Origin: an uncultured Desulfarculus sp.
GTDB lineage: Bacteria > Desulfobacterota > Desulfarculia > Desulfarculales > Desulfarculaceae
Direction: 5' to 3'
Length of the DNA: 64,000 nt
Assembly: GCA_963665125.2 (NCBI GenBank)
Contig: CAXXUK010000001.1
Span: 2,912,001 to 2,976,000, forward strand
Part shown: piece by piece, positions 9,761 to 20,315 of the stretch
Numbering within the stretch: the first letter of the stretch is position 1
Layout of the letters: each line of letters begins with the position of its first letter
The notes under the pieces: generated by a model
What the model was told of the DNA's origin: nothing
The model's database searches: none
What the model saw: only the letters and a program-made list of their open reading frames with translations
Translations under genes and position numbers: made by a program

Positions 9761-10588
9761 ATGGCCCGGAAATACAAACACTTCATAATCGATAGCGGAC
9801 CGGAGATCAGCCGGGTGACCATCAGCCGGCCGGGCGACCGCAACTCCATCAACTCCGAGGTCATCGCCGAGTTGGGTCTGGTCTTGTCCGGCCTGGAGGC
9901 CACGGACTGCCGGGCGGTGATCTTCACCGGCGGCGGCGATGAATATTTCATCGGCGGGGCCGACGGCATCGAGATGATGCAGTGCACCCCGGATCAGGCC
10001 CGGGATTTTTCCCAGCGCATCCAGGCCGTGTTCGACCGCATGGAACACAGTCCGCTGATCCTGCTGGCGGCCATCAACGGCCTGTGCTTTGGCGGCGGCT
10101 TCGAGTTCGCCATGTCCTGCGACCTGAGGGTGGCTTCGGAAACGGCCCGCATCGGCCTGCCCGAGACCAAGGTGGGCATTATCCCCGGCGGCGGCGGCAC
10201 CCAGCGCCTGCCCCGGCTGGTGGGCATGGGCCTGGCCTCGGAAATGATCCTCACCGGAAGGCTCTACAAGGGCCAGGAGGCCCTGAGCCTGGGCCTGGTC
10301 AACCGCTGCGCACCCCAGGACAAGCTTTTGGCAAGCGCGGAAGACCTGCTGGCCCAGGCCCTGCGCCAGCCCCGGCACGCCCTGGCCCACGCCAAGGCCG
10401 CCCTGCGGGCCGCCCGCCACGAGACCCACGCCCAGGGCCAAAAAGCCGAGAGCGAACAATTCAGCCAGTGCTTCAAGCACGATTATTTTATCGAACTCAT
10501 GCGCAGCCAGCTCAGGGCCGGGACTCTGGTCAGCACGGCCCAGCTGCCCGCCGGATTTCTGGACGGCGGACCGGGCAAGGAGAAGTAA
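9761..10588 (+). CDS. Enoyl-CoA hydratase/isomerase
   Basis: FIGGADG, GGGFE and [17 protein letters not shown]; both catalytic Glu present. Confidence 0.93.
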   Translation: MARKYKHFIIDSGPEISRVTISRPGDRNSINSEVIAELGLVLSGLEATDCRAVIFTGGGDEYFIGGADGIEMMQCTPDQARDFSQRIQAVFDRMEHSPLILLAAINGLCFGGGFEFAMSCDLRVASETARIGLPETKVGIIPGGGGTQRLPRLVGMGLASEMILTGRLYKGQEALSLGLVNRCAPQDKLLASAEDLLAQALRQPRHALAHAKAALRAARHETHAQGQKAESEQFSQCFKHDYFIELMRSQLRAGTLVSTAQLPAGFLDGGPGKEK

Positions 10589-11164
10589 ATGAAGGTCATC
10601 GGCATCACCGGCAGCCTCAGGCCCCAGTCGAACACCATGGTCTACGTCAAAACCGCCCTGGCCGAACTGGAAAAGCAGGGCCTGGAGACCGAACTGATCT
10701 CCCTGCGCGGCAAGAACATCAAGCCCTGCCTGGGCTGTTACAAGTGCGTCGAAACGGCCAAATGCGCCCAGGCCGACGACGACTTCGCGGAAATCCTGGA
10801 AAAAATGAAACAGGCCGACGGCATAATCCTGGGCTCGCCGGTGTACCTGTCTTCGGTGGTGCCCCAGATGATGGCCCTGTTGGCCAGGGCGACTTTCGTG
10901 GCCCACTGGAACGACAAGTTTCTCAAGGACAAGGTCGGCGGCCCCATCACCGTGGCCCGCCGGGCCGGTCACAACATGGCCTTTTCCCAGCTATTACTCT
11001 GGTTCTTCATCAACGGCATCACCGTGCCCGGCTCCACCTACTGGACCGTGGGCATGGCCGGCCAAAGCGGGGCCCACGACGCGGACAACGATGAAGAGGG
11101 CCTGATGCACGTTACGAACTTCGCGGCCAACATGGCCGGCGTAATGAAAAAACTGTTCGCCTAG
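10589..11164 (+). CDS. Iron-sulfur flavoprotein / flavodoxin family
   Basis: GSLRPQSNT, CLGCYKC-x5-C, GSPVY. Confidence 0.9.
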   Translation: MKVIGITGSLRPQSNTMVYVKTALAELEKQGLETELISLRGKNIKPCLGCYKCVETAKCAQADDDFAEILEKMKQADGIILGSPVYLSSVVPQMMALLARATFVAHWNDKFLKDKVGGPITVARRAGHNMAFSQLLLWFFINGITVPGSTYWTVGMAGQSGAHDADNDEEGLMHVTNFAANMAGVMKKLFA

Positions 11165-11177
11165 AGGGATAAGCACC

Positions 11178-12695
11178 ATGAGCACCATAGGAGACTGGCT
11201 GACCAAACGCGAGATGCTAAGCCCCGGCAAGGAGGCCGTGGTCGACGGCGGCCGCCGCCTGACCTACGCCCAGCTCAACAGGCGGGTCAACCAACTGTCC
11301 CGGGCCTTTCAGAAGATGGGCCTTGCCCACGGCGACCGGGTGGCCATGCTCAGCTACAACTGCCTGGAGTACGTCGAGGTGATCATGGCCGCGGCCAAGC
11401 TGGGCCTGGTTCTGGTGCCGCTGAACTGGCGGCTGGCCCCGGCCGAGCTGGTGTTCATCCTCTCCGACAGCCAGACCAACGTGCTGGCCTTCGACCCGGA
11501 GCTGGCCGAACTGGCCGACCAGGTCAACCAGCAACTCCCCCTCAGGCAACTCGTCACCCTGGGCCAAAAGCAGGTCTTGGGCGCCGACGCCTATGAAGAC
11601 ATCCTGGCCGTGGAGAGCGCCGCCGAGCCAGTTGTCGCAAGCGGCGTGAGTCTGGAAAACCCACACATCATCATGTACACCTCGGGCACCACCGGCAAGC
11701 CCAAGGGGGCCATACTCAGCCAAAACGGCAGCTTTTACAACGCCTTGAACCTGCAAGTGGCCCTGGACTTCACCAGCGCCGACCGCGACCTGCTGGTGTT
11801 GCCCATGTTCCACATCGGAGGCATCGGCCTGTTCACCCTGCCCATGCTCTACGTGGGCGGCACGGTGATCATCCAGCGCACCTTCGAGCCCGGCCAGACC
11901 ATCAAGCTGTTGCAGACCGAAGACATCAGCCTGTTCTTCGGCGTCCCGGCAGTGTTTTTGTTCCTGGCCCAGCATCCGGATTTCAGGGCAAGCGGCCTGG
12001 ACAAGCTGCGGGTGGTGATGAGCGGCGGCGCGCCCCTGCCCCAGAGCCTGGTCAAGTCTTACAAAGAGTCCGGCGTGACCCTGCGCCAGGGCTTCGGCAT
12101 GAGCGAGGCCTCGCCGTCCATAGCCACGCTGGAGGAAGAATTGGCCCTGTCCAAGGCCGGCTCCATCGGCAAACCCCTGATGCACCTGGACGTGCGCATC
12201 GTCGACGACGACGACAACGAGATGCCCAGGGGCCGGGTGGGCGAGCTGGTCATGCGTGGACCCAACGTGATGCAGGGATATTGGAACCGGCCCGAGGCCA
12301 CGGCCGAGGCCATGCGCGGCGGCTGGTTCCACTCTGGCGACCTGGCCTACCAGGACGCTGAAGGCGACCTGTTCATCGTCGACCGCAAGAAGGACATGTT
12401 CATCTCCGGCGGAGAGAACGTCTACCCCTCGGAGGTCGAGGACGCGATCTATGAAATCGGCCAGGTGGCCGAAGCGGCGGTAATCGGCATACCCGACGCC
12501 AAATGGGGCGAGGTGGGTTGCGCCGTGGTGGCCCTCAAGGAGGGCATGGATATGGAAACCGGTGACATCATCAGTCATCTACAGCAGCGCTTGGCAAAGT
12601 ACAAGATCCCCAAAAAAGTGGCCTTTGTGGAGGCCTTGCCGCGAAATGCGGCCGGAAAGGTTTTGAAAACCGAGCTCAGGCGGCTTTATGCCTGA
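11178..12695 (+). CDS. Long-chain fatty acid--CoA ligase
   Basis: YTSGTTGKPKG, GFGMSE, SGDL, SGGENVYP, PRNAAGKV. Confidence 0.95.
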   Translation: MSTIGDWLTKREMLSPGKEAVVDGGRRLTYAQLNRRVNQLSRAFQKMGLAHGDRVAMLSYNCLEYVEVIMAAAKLGLVLVPLNWRLAPAELVFILSDSQTNVLAFDPELAELADQVNQQLPLRQLVTLGQKQVLGADAYEDILAVESAAEPVVASGVSLENPHIIMYTSGTTGKPKGAILSQNGSFYNALNLQVALDFTSADRDLLVLPMFHIGGIGLFTLPMLYVGGTVIIQRTFEPGQTIKLLQTEDISLFFGVPAVFLFLAQHPDFRASGLDKLRVVMSGGAPLPQSLVKSYKESGVTLRQGFGMSEASPSIATLEEELALSKAGSIGKPLMHLDVRIVDDDDNEMPRGRVGELVMRGPNVMQGYWNRPEATAEAMRGGWFHSGDLAYQDAEGDLFIVDRKKDMFISGGENVYPSEVEDAIYEIGQVAEAAVIGIPDAKWGEVGCAVVALKEGMDMETGDIISHLQQRLAKYKIPKKVAFVEALPRNAAGKVLKTELRRLYA

Positions 12696-12756
12696 GCCGG
12701 ACCGGTTTCGCTGTCTCAAAAACGAACCAAGGCAATTTGGAAAGGGAGAAAAGACC

Positions 12757-13965
12757 ATGAATCTCGGAAAGATGGCTAAGATAGCGGCTATCGGCGCCTT
12801 GGCGCTGCTGTTGGCCGCGCCCATGGCCTTCGCGGCCAAACCGATCAAGATCGCCCAGGTCGTAGGCGTCACCGGACCGTACGAAGCCTACGCCAAGCAG
12901 TCCATCAACGGCTTCAAGATGGGCCTGGAGTATGCCACGGGCGGCACCATGGAGGTCCTGGGACGGCCCATCGAGGTCATCGTCAAGGACACCCATCTTC
13001 AGCCGGCCAAGGGCAAGCAGCTGTTGACCGAGGCCTACAAGGATGACAAGGTCGACCTGGCTGTCGGCGGCGTTTCCTCGGCCGTGGCCATGGCCATGCT
13101 GCCGGTGGCCCAGGAGTTCAAGAAGGTGCTGATCGTCGAGCCCGCCGTGGCCGACTCCATCACCGGCAGCGCCTGGAACCCCTACATCTTCCGCACGGGC
13201 CGTTGCTCCAGCCAGGACGCCATCAGCAACGCCGTTGCCGTGGCCAAGCCCGGCGTGGTCATCGCCACCCTGGCCCAGGACTACGCATTCGGCCGTGACG
13301 GCGTGGCCGCCTACAAGGAAGCTGCCGAGGCCCTGGGCGCCAAGGTCGTGCACGAAGAGTTCGTGCCGCCCAAGACCACCGACTTCACCGCCCCGGCCCA
13401 GCGCATCATCGGCGCCATGAGCAAGTACAAGGACCAGCCCAAGTACCTGTTCGTCATCTGGGCGGGCAAGGGCAACCCCCTGGGCAAACTGGTTGAGATG
13501 AAGATCACCGACAAGTACGGCATCAAGCTGACTTCCGGCGGCAACATCCTCGACGCCCTGAAGCTCTACAAGCCCCTGGTGGGCATGGAGGGCGCCGGCT
13601 ACTACTACTATGAAAACCCCAAGAACGAGGTCAACGACTGGTTCGTGGCCGAACACAAGAAGCGCTTTGAAGGCGCTCCGCCCGACTTCTTCACCTGCGG
13701 CGGTTTCTCGGCCGGCGTGGCCGTGGTCGAGGCCATCAAGAAGGCCGGCGGCACCGACTCCGAAAAGCTGGTCAAGGCCATGGAAGGCATGAAGTTCATG
13801 ACTCCCAAGGGCGAGATGGTGTTCCGGCCCGAGGATCACCAGGCCCTGCAGAGCATGTTCGCCTTCAAGATCAAGGTCGAGCCCAACGTGGAGTGGGCCA
13901 TTCCCGAGCTTACACGGGTGATCACCATCGAAGAGATGGATATCCCGATTCGCAACAAGCGCTAA
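12757..13965 (+). CDS. LIV/HAAT-family ABC transporter substrate-binding protein
   Basis: Signal peptide (AFA), QDYAFGRDG, FRPEDHQALQ; precedes LivG/F/H/M-like genes. Confidence 0.92.
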   Translation: MNLGKMAKIAAIGALALLLAAPMAFAAKPIKIAQVVGVTGPYEAYAKQSINGFKMGLEYATGGTMEVLGRPIEVIVKDTHLQPAKGKQLLTEAYKDDKVDLAVGGVSSAVAMAMLPVAQEFKKVLIVEPAVADSITGSAWNPYIFRTGRCSSQDAISNAVAVAKPGVVIATLAQDYAFGRDGVAAYKEAAEALGAKVVHEEFVPPKTTDFTAPAQRIIGAMSKYKDQPKYLFVIWAGKGNPLGKLVEMKITDKYGIKLTSGGNILDALKLYKPLVGMEGAGYYYYENPKNEVNDWFVAEHKKRFEGAPPDFFTCGGFSAGVAVVEAIKKAGGTDSEKLVKAMEGMKFMTPKGEMVFRPEDHQALQSMFAFKIKVEPNVEWAIPELTRVITIEEMDIPIRNKR

Positions 13966-13982
13966 GAAGGCGCAGCTAACCA

Positions 13983-14019
13983 GGCGCGGCGGGCCGCTAA
14001 CCCCTCGGCCCGCCGCGCC
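13983..14019 (+). other. Intra-operon stem-loop after the substrate-binding protein gene
   Basis: Perfect 14-bp stem GGCGCGGCGGGCCG/CGGCCCGCCGCGCC, 9-nt loop, no U tract; position typical of mRNA-stabilising hairpins. Confidence 0.7.
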
Positions 14020-14039
14020 GCCTGAAACGGAGAAAAGCC

Positions 14040-14810
14040 GTGTCTGGCCAAGAGCCAATAATCAAGAGCAGGGACCTGACGGTTCGCTTCGGCGGCAACG
14101 TGGCCGTCAACCAGGTGAACCTGGTGGTGGAGCCATTCACCCTGAAATCGATCATCGGGCCCAACGGCGCGGGCAAAACGACCCTGTTCAACCTGCTCAG
14201 CGGACAATACAAGCCCACCAGCGGCCAGATATTCTTCAAGGGCCGGGACGTGACCCCCCTTGGTCCGGCCGGCCGGACCCACCTGGGTATCGGCCGCTCG
14301 TTTCAGCTGACCAATATCTTCCCCAACCTCACCGTGCTGGAAAACGTGCGCCTGGCCCTGCAATCCAAGGCCGGGGTCAGCTTCGTGTTCTGGCGGGACT
14401 ACCGATCATACTCAGACCTGGAGGACCGGGCCTACGAGCTGCTGGAACAGGTGCTCATGGCCGAATGCTGGGATCAAGACGCCTCCACCCTGACCCACGG
14501 CGAACAGCGCAAGCTGGAGATCGCCATCCTGTTGGCCCTGGAGCCGGACGTGATGCTCCTGGATGAGCCCACTGCGGGCATGAGCCTGGAGGAAGTGCCG
14601 GCCATTCTGGAATTGATAAAGAAAATCAAAGAATCCCGCAAGCGGACCATCATGCTTGTGGAACATAAATTCGACATGATCATGAACCTGTCGGACTCCA
14701 TCGCCGTGCTCAAGGAAGGGCGGCTGATCTGCGACGACACGCCCGAGGCGGTTAGTTGCAACGCCGAGGTGCTGGAGGCCTATCTGGGAGGAGGTGTGGC
14801 CAATGCCTGA
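14040..14810 (+). CDS. ABC ATP-binding protein, LivG-like
   Basis: GPNGAGKT, LTHGEQR, LLDEPTAG, VEH. Confidence 0.95.
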   Translation: MSGQEPIIKSRDLTVRFGGNVAVNQVNLVVEPFTLKSIIGPNGAGKTTLFNLLSGQYKPTSGQIFFKGRDVTPLGPAGRTHLGIGRSFQLTNIFPNLTVLENVRLALQSKAGVSFVFWRDYRSYSDLEDRAYELLEQVLMAECWDQDASTLTHGEQRKLEIAILLALEPDVMLLDEPTAGMSLEEVPAILELIKKIKESRKRTIMLVEHKFDMIMNLSDSIAVLKEGRLICDDTPEAVSCNAEVLEAYLGGGVANA

Positions 14811-15516
14811 TGTCATCCTGTCCCTGGAAGGGGTTCATACATATATAGACCAGCACCACATCCTCCAGGGCGTGACCCTGGAGGTGCCCCGGGGCGACGC
14901 CCTGGTGCTTTTGGGCCGCAATGGCGCGGGCAAATCAACCACCATGCGCACCATCATGGGCCTGACGCCCGCCGGCAAGGGCTCCATCACCTATGACGGC
15001 CAGCCCCTGCCCGCCGACATCAAGCCCTATGAAATAGCCCGCATGGGCATCGGCTTCGTGCCCGAAGACCAGGCCGTGCTCTACACCCTGACCGTGGAGG
15101 AAAACTTCCGCCTGGCCATGCAAAAGGAGGACGAGGCCTCCCACAAGCGCCAGGAGCAGGTCTTCGAGCTGTTCCCGGACCTCAAGAAGTTCTGGAAGCA
15201 AAAGGCCGGGGTGCTCTCGGGCGGCCAAAAGCAGATGCTGGCCATTGCCCGGACCATGGTCAACGACAACAAGCTGCTGCTCATCGACGAGCCGTCAAAG
15301 GGCCTGGCCCCCATCCTGGTGGACCAGTTGGCCGACTCCATGAACCAGATCAAGGCCCAGACCACCATCGTGCTGGTGGAACAGAACTTCCACATGGCCA
15401 GCAAGGTGGGGGCCAATTACTACATCCTCGACGACGGCCGGGTGGCCCACAACGGGGCCATGGCCGATCTGAAGGACAATCACGAACTTAAACAAAAATA
15501 CCTGGGTATTGCATAA
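14803..15516 (+). CDS. ABC ATP-binding protein, LivF-like
   Basis: GRNGAGKS, LSGGQ, LIDEPSKGLAP, VEQN. Confidence 0.95.
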   Translation: MPDVILSLEGVHTYIDQHHILQGVTLEVPRGDALVLLGRNGAGKSTTMRTIMGLTPAGKGSITYDGQPLPADIKPYEIARMGIGFVPEDQAVLYTLTVEENFRLAMQKEDEASHKRQEQVFELFPDLKKFWKQKAGVLSGGQKQMLAIARTMVNDNKLLLIDEPSKGLAPILVDQLADSMNQIKAQTTIVLVEQNFHMASKVGANYYILDDGRVAHNGAMADLKDNHELKQKYLGIA

Positions 15517-15529
15517 GGGCGGACATGTC

Positions 15530-16549
15530 ATGGAAACCACGGGACAAACATTAAGCATGGCACAGGAGCCGGGCATCGGCGCCAAGGCCTGGGCCGCCCG
15601 TATCGCGGCGGTGGGCGTGTGGCTGTTGCCCCTGCTCTGGATCGACCTGACCACCTATCTGGTGCTCACCGTGGCCGGCGTCACCATGGGCATGCTGCTG
15701 TTTCTGACCGCTTCGGGCTTTACGGTGATCCTGGGCCTGATGGACGTGATCAACCTGGCCCACGGCGCGTTCTTCGCCTTTGGGGCCTATGCCGGATTCA
15801 CGGCCCTGAGCTGGCTCAACACCCTGGGCTGGGTGGAGACGGCCACCCTGAGCCAAAGCGTTTTGAGCGTGCTCATCGCCCTGGGCGTATCGCTGGTCAT
15901 CGGCATACTTTTGGGCGTTGTCATGGAATGGTTGATTATCCGCCGGGCCTACGGCAGCCACCTCAAACAGATCCTCATCACCATGGGCGCGTCACTGGTA
16001 ATCGCCGAGATCATCACCATCATCTGGGGCCCCAACGACGAGGTCATGCTGGCCCCGGCGGCGTTCACCGGCAGCATCGACATCATGGACGTGATCATCG
16101 AGAAATTCCGCATCCTGTCCATCGTCGTCTGCCTGGTGGTGTTTTTGGGCATGAACTACGTGCTCAAGCGCACCAAGCTGGGCATCATCGTCCGGGCCGG
16201 CGTGGAAAACGGCGAGGTGGTCCAGGTATTGGGCCACAACATCCGCCGCATCTTCACCTATGTCTTCGCCGCGGGCGCGGGCCTGGCGGCCATGGGCGGC
16301 ACCATGTGGTCCATCTACACCCGGGAGATCCGGCCCGACATGGGCGAATCCAGCCTGATCTTCGCCCTGATCGTGGTGGTCATCGGCGGCCTGGGCTCGG
16401 TGACGGGATGCCTGCTGGCCTCGCTGATGGTGGGCCTGGCCTTCAACTACGTGGCCTATTCCATCCCCACCCTGGCCCTGGGCGTCAACATCATGATCAT
16501 GGCCATAATCCTGTTGCTGCGGCCCAACGGGCTGTTGGGTCAGGAGTAA
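15530..16549 (+). CDS. ABC permease, LivH-like
   Basis: INLAHG, VVIGGLGS, RPNGLLG; multi-TM. Confidence 0.93.
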   Translation: METTGQTLSMAQEPGIGAKAWAARIAAVGVWLLPLLWIDLTTYLVLTVAGVTMGMLLFLTASGFTVILGLMDVINLAHGAFFAFGAYAGFTALSWLNTLGWVETATLSQSVLSVLIALGVSLVIGILLGVVMEWLIIRRAYGSHLKQILITMGASLVIAEIITIIWGPNDEVMLAPAAFTGSIDIMDVIIEKFRILSIVVCLVVFLGMNYVLKRTKLGIIVRAGVENGEVVQVLGHNIRRIFTYVFAAGAGLAAMGGTMWSIYTREIRPDMGESSLIFALIVVVIGGLGSVTGCLLASLMVGLAFNYVAYSIPTLALGVNIMIMAIILLLRPNGLLGQE

Positions 16550-16553
16550 GGAT

Positions 16554-17723
16554 ATGAGACAGATGCAATCAGAGATCACTCCGGTCCAGCAAAAGCGGAT
16601 GCTCGACGCATCGGGCAGGCTGAAAAAGCCGACCTTGTGGCTGCAACTGATTATCCTGGCGGCCTTTTTGGTCGAGCCGCTGTTCATCGGGTCTTTCCGG
16701 ATCATGGACGTGGCGGCCAAGATAATGGTCTTTTCCGTGCTGGTGGCCTCCTATGACCTCCTGCTGGGTTTCACGGGCATCTTCTCCCTGGCCCACGCCA
16801 TGTTCTTCGGCATCGGGGCCTATTCCATGGCTTTGTTGGTCCACCACTCCGGCGGCGGGGCCTGGTATCACCTGATCCTGGCCCCGGTCATTGCCGTGGC
16901 GCTGAGCGCCTCCATTTCGCTGCTCATCGCCTTTTTCAGCCTGCGGTTCAAGGCCCTGTTCTTCGTGGTGATGACCCTGGCCCTGGCCCAGTTCGCCGAG
17001 ATCCTTTCCGTGCAGTGGCACGGCCTGACCATGGGCGAGGACGGCGTATCCTTCGACCTGCCCGGCTGGCTTGCTTCCAGTTGGGACGGCAGCTTCCTGG
17101 GCATCCCCTTCAGCGGCCGCATGGTGACCTACTATGTGATCCTGATCGCCGCCGTGGTGCTGTTTGTCGGGCTGGTGCGCTTCGTGCGCTCCCCGGCGGG
17201 CCGGGTGTTGCAATCCATCCGCGAAAACGAGCAGCGCTCCACGGCCATCGGCTTCAAGACCTTCAACTACCAGGTCCTGGCCAATGTCTTCGGCTCGTCG
17301 GTGGCCGCCCTGTGCGGCGTGCTCTACGCCATGTGGGTGCGCTTCGTGGACCCGGAGTCGGCCATGGCCATGGGCATCATGCTCAACATCCTGCTGATGC
17401 TGGTCATCGGCGGCATGGGCTCGCTGTACGGCGCCATCGCCGGTTCGGCCTTCGTGCTGGTGGCCGAATCCTGGCTGGCCGACGGGTTGCAAGCCGTCAA
17501 GGTCATATTGCCCCAAAGCGTGTTCCTGGACCGCCTGACCGACCGCTGGGTGCTGTATTTCGGCATCCTGTTCATCCTGGTGGTCATCTTCTTCCCCAAG
17601 GGCATCGTCGGCACGGTCAAGGACGCCATTAGAAGGCGCAGACAGCGCCTGTCCAGGATCAAGAGCACCCTGGAGGCGCAGCAGCATCTCACCAAAGAGG
17701 AGGTTCTGGGCAATGCCGGATAA
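16554..17723 (+). CDS. ABC permease, LivM-like
   Basis: SLAHAMFFGIGAY, IRENE, IGGMGS, FPKGI. Confidence 0.93.
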   Translation: MRQMQSEITPVQQKRMLDASGRLKKPTLWLQLIILAAFLVEPLFIGSFRIMDVAAKIMVFSVLVASYDLLLGFTGIFSLAHAMFFGIGAYSMALLVHHSGGGAWYHLILAPVIAVALSASISLLIAFFSLRFKALFFVVMTLALAQFAEILSVQWHGLTMGEDGVSFDLPGWLASSWDGSFLGIPFSGRMVTYYVILIAAVVLFVGLVRFVRSPAGRVLQSIRENEQRSTAIGFKTFNYQVLANVFGSSVAALCGVLYAMWVRFVDPESAMAMGIMLNILLMLVIGGMGSLYGAIAGSAFVLVAESWLADGLQAVKVILPQSVFLDRLTDRWVLYFGILFILVVIFFPKGIVGTVKDAIRRRRQRLSRIKSTLEAQQHLTKEEVLGNAG

Positions 17724-18768
17724 AAAACCATCCGCGGGCATTCTCAGCCTGGCCACATACATTCCCCGGGCCTATCACGATGCCGATTTCATCGCCTCCC
17801 AGAGCGACACACCGGCCGAGATAATCCGCACCAAGCTGGGCTGGCATCAGAAGAACGTGCCCGGACCAGGCGACGGCACCGTGGCCATGGGCCTCAAGGC
17901 CGCCCGCAAGGCCCTGTACAATTCGCGGCTCAAGCCCGAGGACATCGACCTGGTGATCTGGTCCGGCGAAGAGGTCAAGGAATACCGCAACTGGCCGGTG
18001 GGCCCCAAGATCCAAAAGGAGCTGGGCCTGAAAAACGCCTGGTCGTTCGACATGCAGCAGCGCTGCGGCACCACCCTGGTGGCCCTGAAGCTGGCCTACG
18101 ACATGATCCGGGCCGACGAAAAGATCAACAACGTGCTGATCGTCTCGGCCTACCGCAATTCGGATCTGATCCACTACGCCAACAACAACGTCCGCTGGAT
18201 GTTCTATCTGGCCGCCGGAGGCGCGGCCTGCGTGGTCCAGCGCGACTGCCACGTCAATGAGTTGTTGGCCAGCCATTACCTCAGCGACGGCTCGTTCGCC
18301 TGGGACGTCTACGTGCCCGAGGGCGGATCGGCCAAGCCCATGACCCCCGAGGGCCTGCGCAACCACCGCCAGTATCTGGACGTCATGGATCCGGTGGGCA
18401 TGAAACAGCGCCTGGAAAAGCTCAGCCTGAGCAACTGGCTGCTGTGCATCGACGCGGCCCTGGCCAAGGCCGGCTACACCCGCAAGGACGTGGACTACCT
18501 GGCCACCCTGTTGGTCAAACGCAGCGCCCACGACTATCTGATGAACCAGCTGGGTCTGAAGCCCGAGCAGACCCGCTATCTGGCGGAATTCGGCCACCAC
18601 GGCCAGAACGACCAGCTGTTGTCCCTGGAACTGGCCACCGAGGAAGGCCGCCTCAAGGACGGCGATCTGGTGCTGATGATCTCGGCGGGCATCGGCTATG
18701 CCTGGGGCGTGGTGGTGATGCGTTGGGGCCCCCGCCGGGGTCTGATCGAGGAAAGGCGCAGCGCATGA
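17713..18768 (+). CDS. 3-oxoacyl-ACP synthase III (FabH-like) family protein, Cys retained
   Basis: FDMQQRCG (catalytic Cys position), FGHHGQND, SAGIGYAWG. Confidence 0.9.
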   Translation: MPDKKPSAGILSLATYIPRAYHDADFIASQSDTPAEIIRTKLGWHQKNVPGPGDGTVAMGLKAARKALYNSRLKPEDIDLVIWSGEEVKEYRNWPVGPKIQKELGLKNAWSFDMQQRCGTTLVALKLAYDMIRADEKINNVLIVSAYRNSDLIHYANNNVRWMFYLAAGGAACVVQRDCHVNELLASHYLSDGSFAWDVYVPEGGSAKPMTPEGLRNHRQYLDVMDPVGMKQRLEKLSLSNWLLCIDAALAKAGYTRKDVDYLATLLVKRSAHDYLMNQLGLKPEQTRYLAEFGHHGQNDQLLSLELATEEGRLKDGDLVLMISAGIGYAWGVVVMRWGPRRGLIEERRSA

Positions 18769-20288
18769 TTTACGGAGACTGGATCGGCCGCTGGGCCAGG
18801 GCCTACCCCGGAAAAGAGGCCGTGTACGACGCCATCACCGGCCGGCGCCACACCTATGGCCAAATGGCCGGCGACATCCACAAGCTGGCCAACTTCCTGG
18901 GCAATGAACTGGGCATAGGCAAGGGCGACATGGTCACATGCCTGTCCCTGAACCGCTACGAATACATTGTACTGTTTTTCGCCCTGAGCCGCCTAGGCGC
19001 GGTGATGGTGCCCCTGAATTTCCGCCTGGCCCTGGGCGAATTCCGCTATTTCTTTGAGGACGCCCGGCCCAAGGCCCTGTTCTATGACGCCGAGCACTCC
19101 GCAACGGCGGCCAAGCTGCAAGAGGCCGGGCTGACCAGGCACTTTGTCTGCTTTGACAGCGGCGCGGCCGCGGGACGCTCCCTGGCCGACGTCTGGGGCG
19201 GCCTTTGCGTTGATCCGCCGCCCGAGGTGGAGATCGGCCCCGAGGACCCGCAGCTGATCATCTACACCTCGGGCACCACGGGCAACCCCAAGGGCGTGAT
19301 CCTGACCCACGGCATGATCAGCGCCAACGCCTTGAACACCAACCTGGCTTGGGACCTGCGCTCCGACGACCGGACGATCCTCCACGCGGCCATGTTCTAC
19401 ACGGCGGGCTGGAACGTCTTCACCCTGCCCCTGTTCCAGTGCCGGGCCAGCAACATCCTGGTGCAGAGCTTTGAGCCGGACCAGATTCTAGACCTGATCC
19501 ACAACGAGGACGTGACCCTGTTCTTCGGCGTGCCGACCATGTACCAGATGATGCTGGACTCGCCGAAGTTTGATCAAACCGACTTCGGCAAGCTGCGTTT
19601 CGCGGTCTCCGGCGGCGCGGCCCTGGGTCCGGACATCCTGCGGGCCTACCAGGAGCGCAAGGGCCTGCGCATCTGGGAGGGCTACGGCCTAACCGAGGTG
19701 GGGCCCAATGATTTCATGGCCAACGGCAAACCCGGCAGCCTGGGCTGCCCCACGCCGCTTACCGACGTCAAGCTCATCGACTTGCAAGGCAATCCGGTGG
19801 GGCCGGGCCAGGAGGGCGAGATCCTGATGCGGGGGCCGGGCGTGTGCGCGGGCTACCACAACAAACCCGAGATCACCGCCGACACCATCAAGGACGGCTG
19901 GTTCCACACCGGCGACCTGGGCCGCGTGGACGACGACGGCCACTACTATATCGCCGGGCGGCTCAAGGACATGATCATCAGCGGCGGGGCCAACATCTAC
20001 CCGGCCGAGATCGAGCACGTAGTGGTGGAGCACCCGTCCGTGGCCGCCGTGGCCGTCATCGGCGTGCCAGACGCCAAATGGGGCGAGGTGCCCAAGGCAA
20101 TCGTCGAGCTCAAGACCGGCGAAGGCCTGGGCTTCGACGAACTGAGCGCCTTTTTGGCCGACCGCCTGGGGCGTTTCAAGCAGCCCAAGTACATGGCCGT
20201 GGTGGACGAGTTGCCCCGCACCGCCGCCTCGGGCAAGGTGCAGAAATTCATACTTAAACAACAACACGGCGGGGCGGACAACAACTAG
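18765..20288 (+). CDS. Acyl-CoA ligase (AMP-binding)
   Basis: ATGA overlap with the upstream gene; YTSGTTGNPKG, GYGLTE, TGDLG, PRTAASGKV. Confidence 0.93.
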   Translation: MIYGDWIGRWARAYPGKEAVYDAITGRRHTYGQMAGDIHKLANFLGNELGIGKGDMVTCLSLNRYEYIVLFFALSRLGAVMVPLNFRLALGEFRYFFEDARPKALFYDAEHSATAAKLQEAGLTRHFVCFDSGAAAGRSLADVWGGLCVDPPPEVEIGPEDPQLIIYTSGTTGNPKGVILTHGMISANALNTNLAWDLRSDDRTILHAAMFYTAGWNVFTLPLFQCRASNILVQSFEPDQILDLIHNEDVTLFFGVPTMYQMMLDSPKFDQTDFGKLRFAVSGGAALGPDILRAYQERKGLRIWEGYGLTEVGPNDFMANGKPGSLGCPTPLTDVKLIDLQGNPVGPGQEGEILMRGPGVCAGYHNKPEITADTIKDGWFHTGDLGRVDDDGHYYIAGRLKDMIISGGANIYPAEIEHVVVEHPSVAAVAVIGVPDAKWGEVPKAIVELKTGEGLGFDELSAFLADRLGRFKQPKYMAVVDELPRTAASGKVQKFILKQQHGGADNN

Positions 20289-20315
20289 CGCCGACCGCTG
20301 CCGGGGATAATTGCG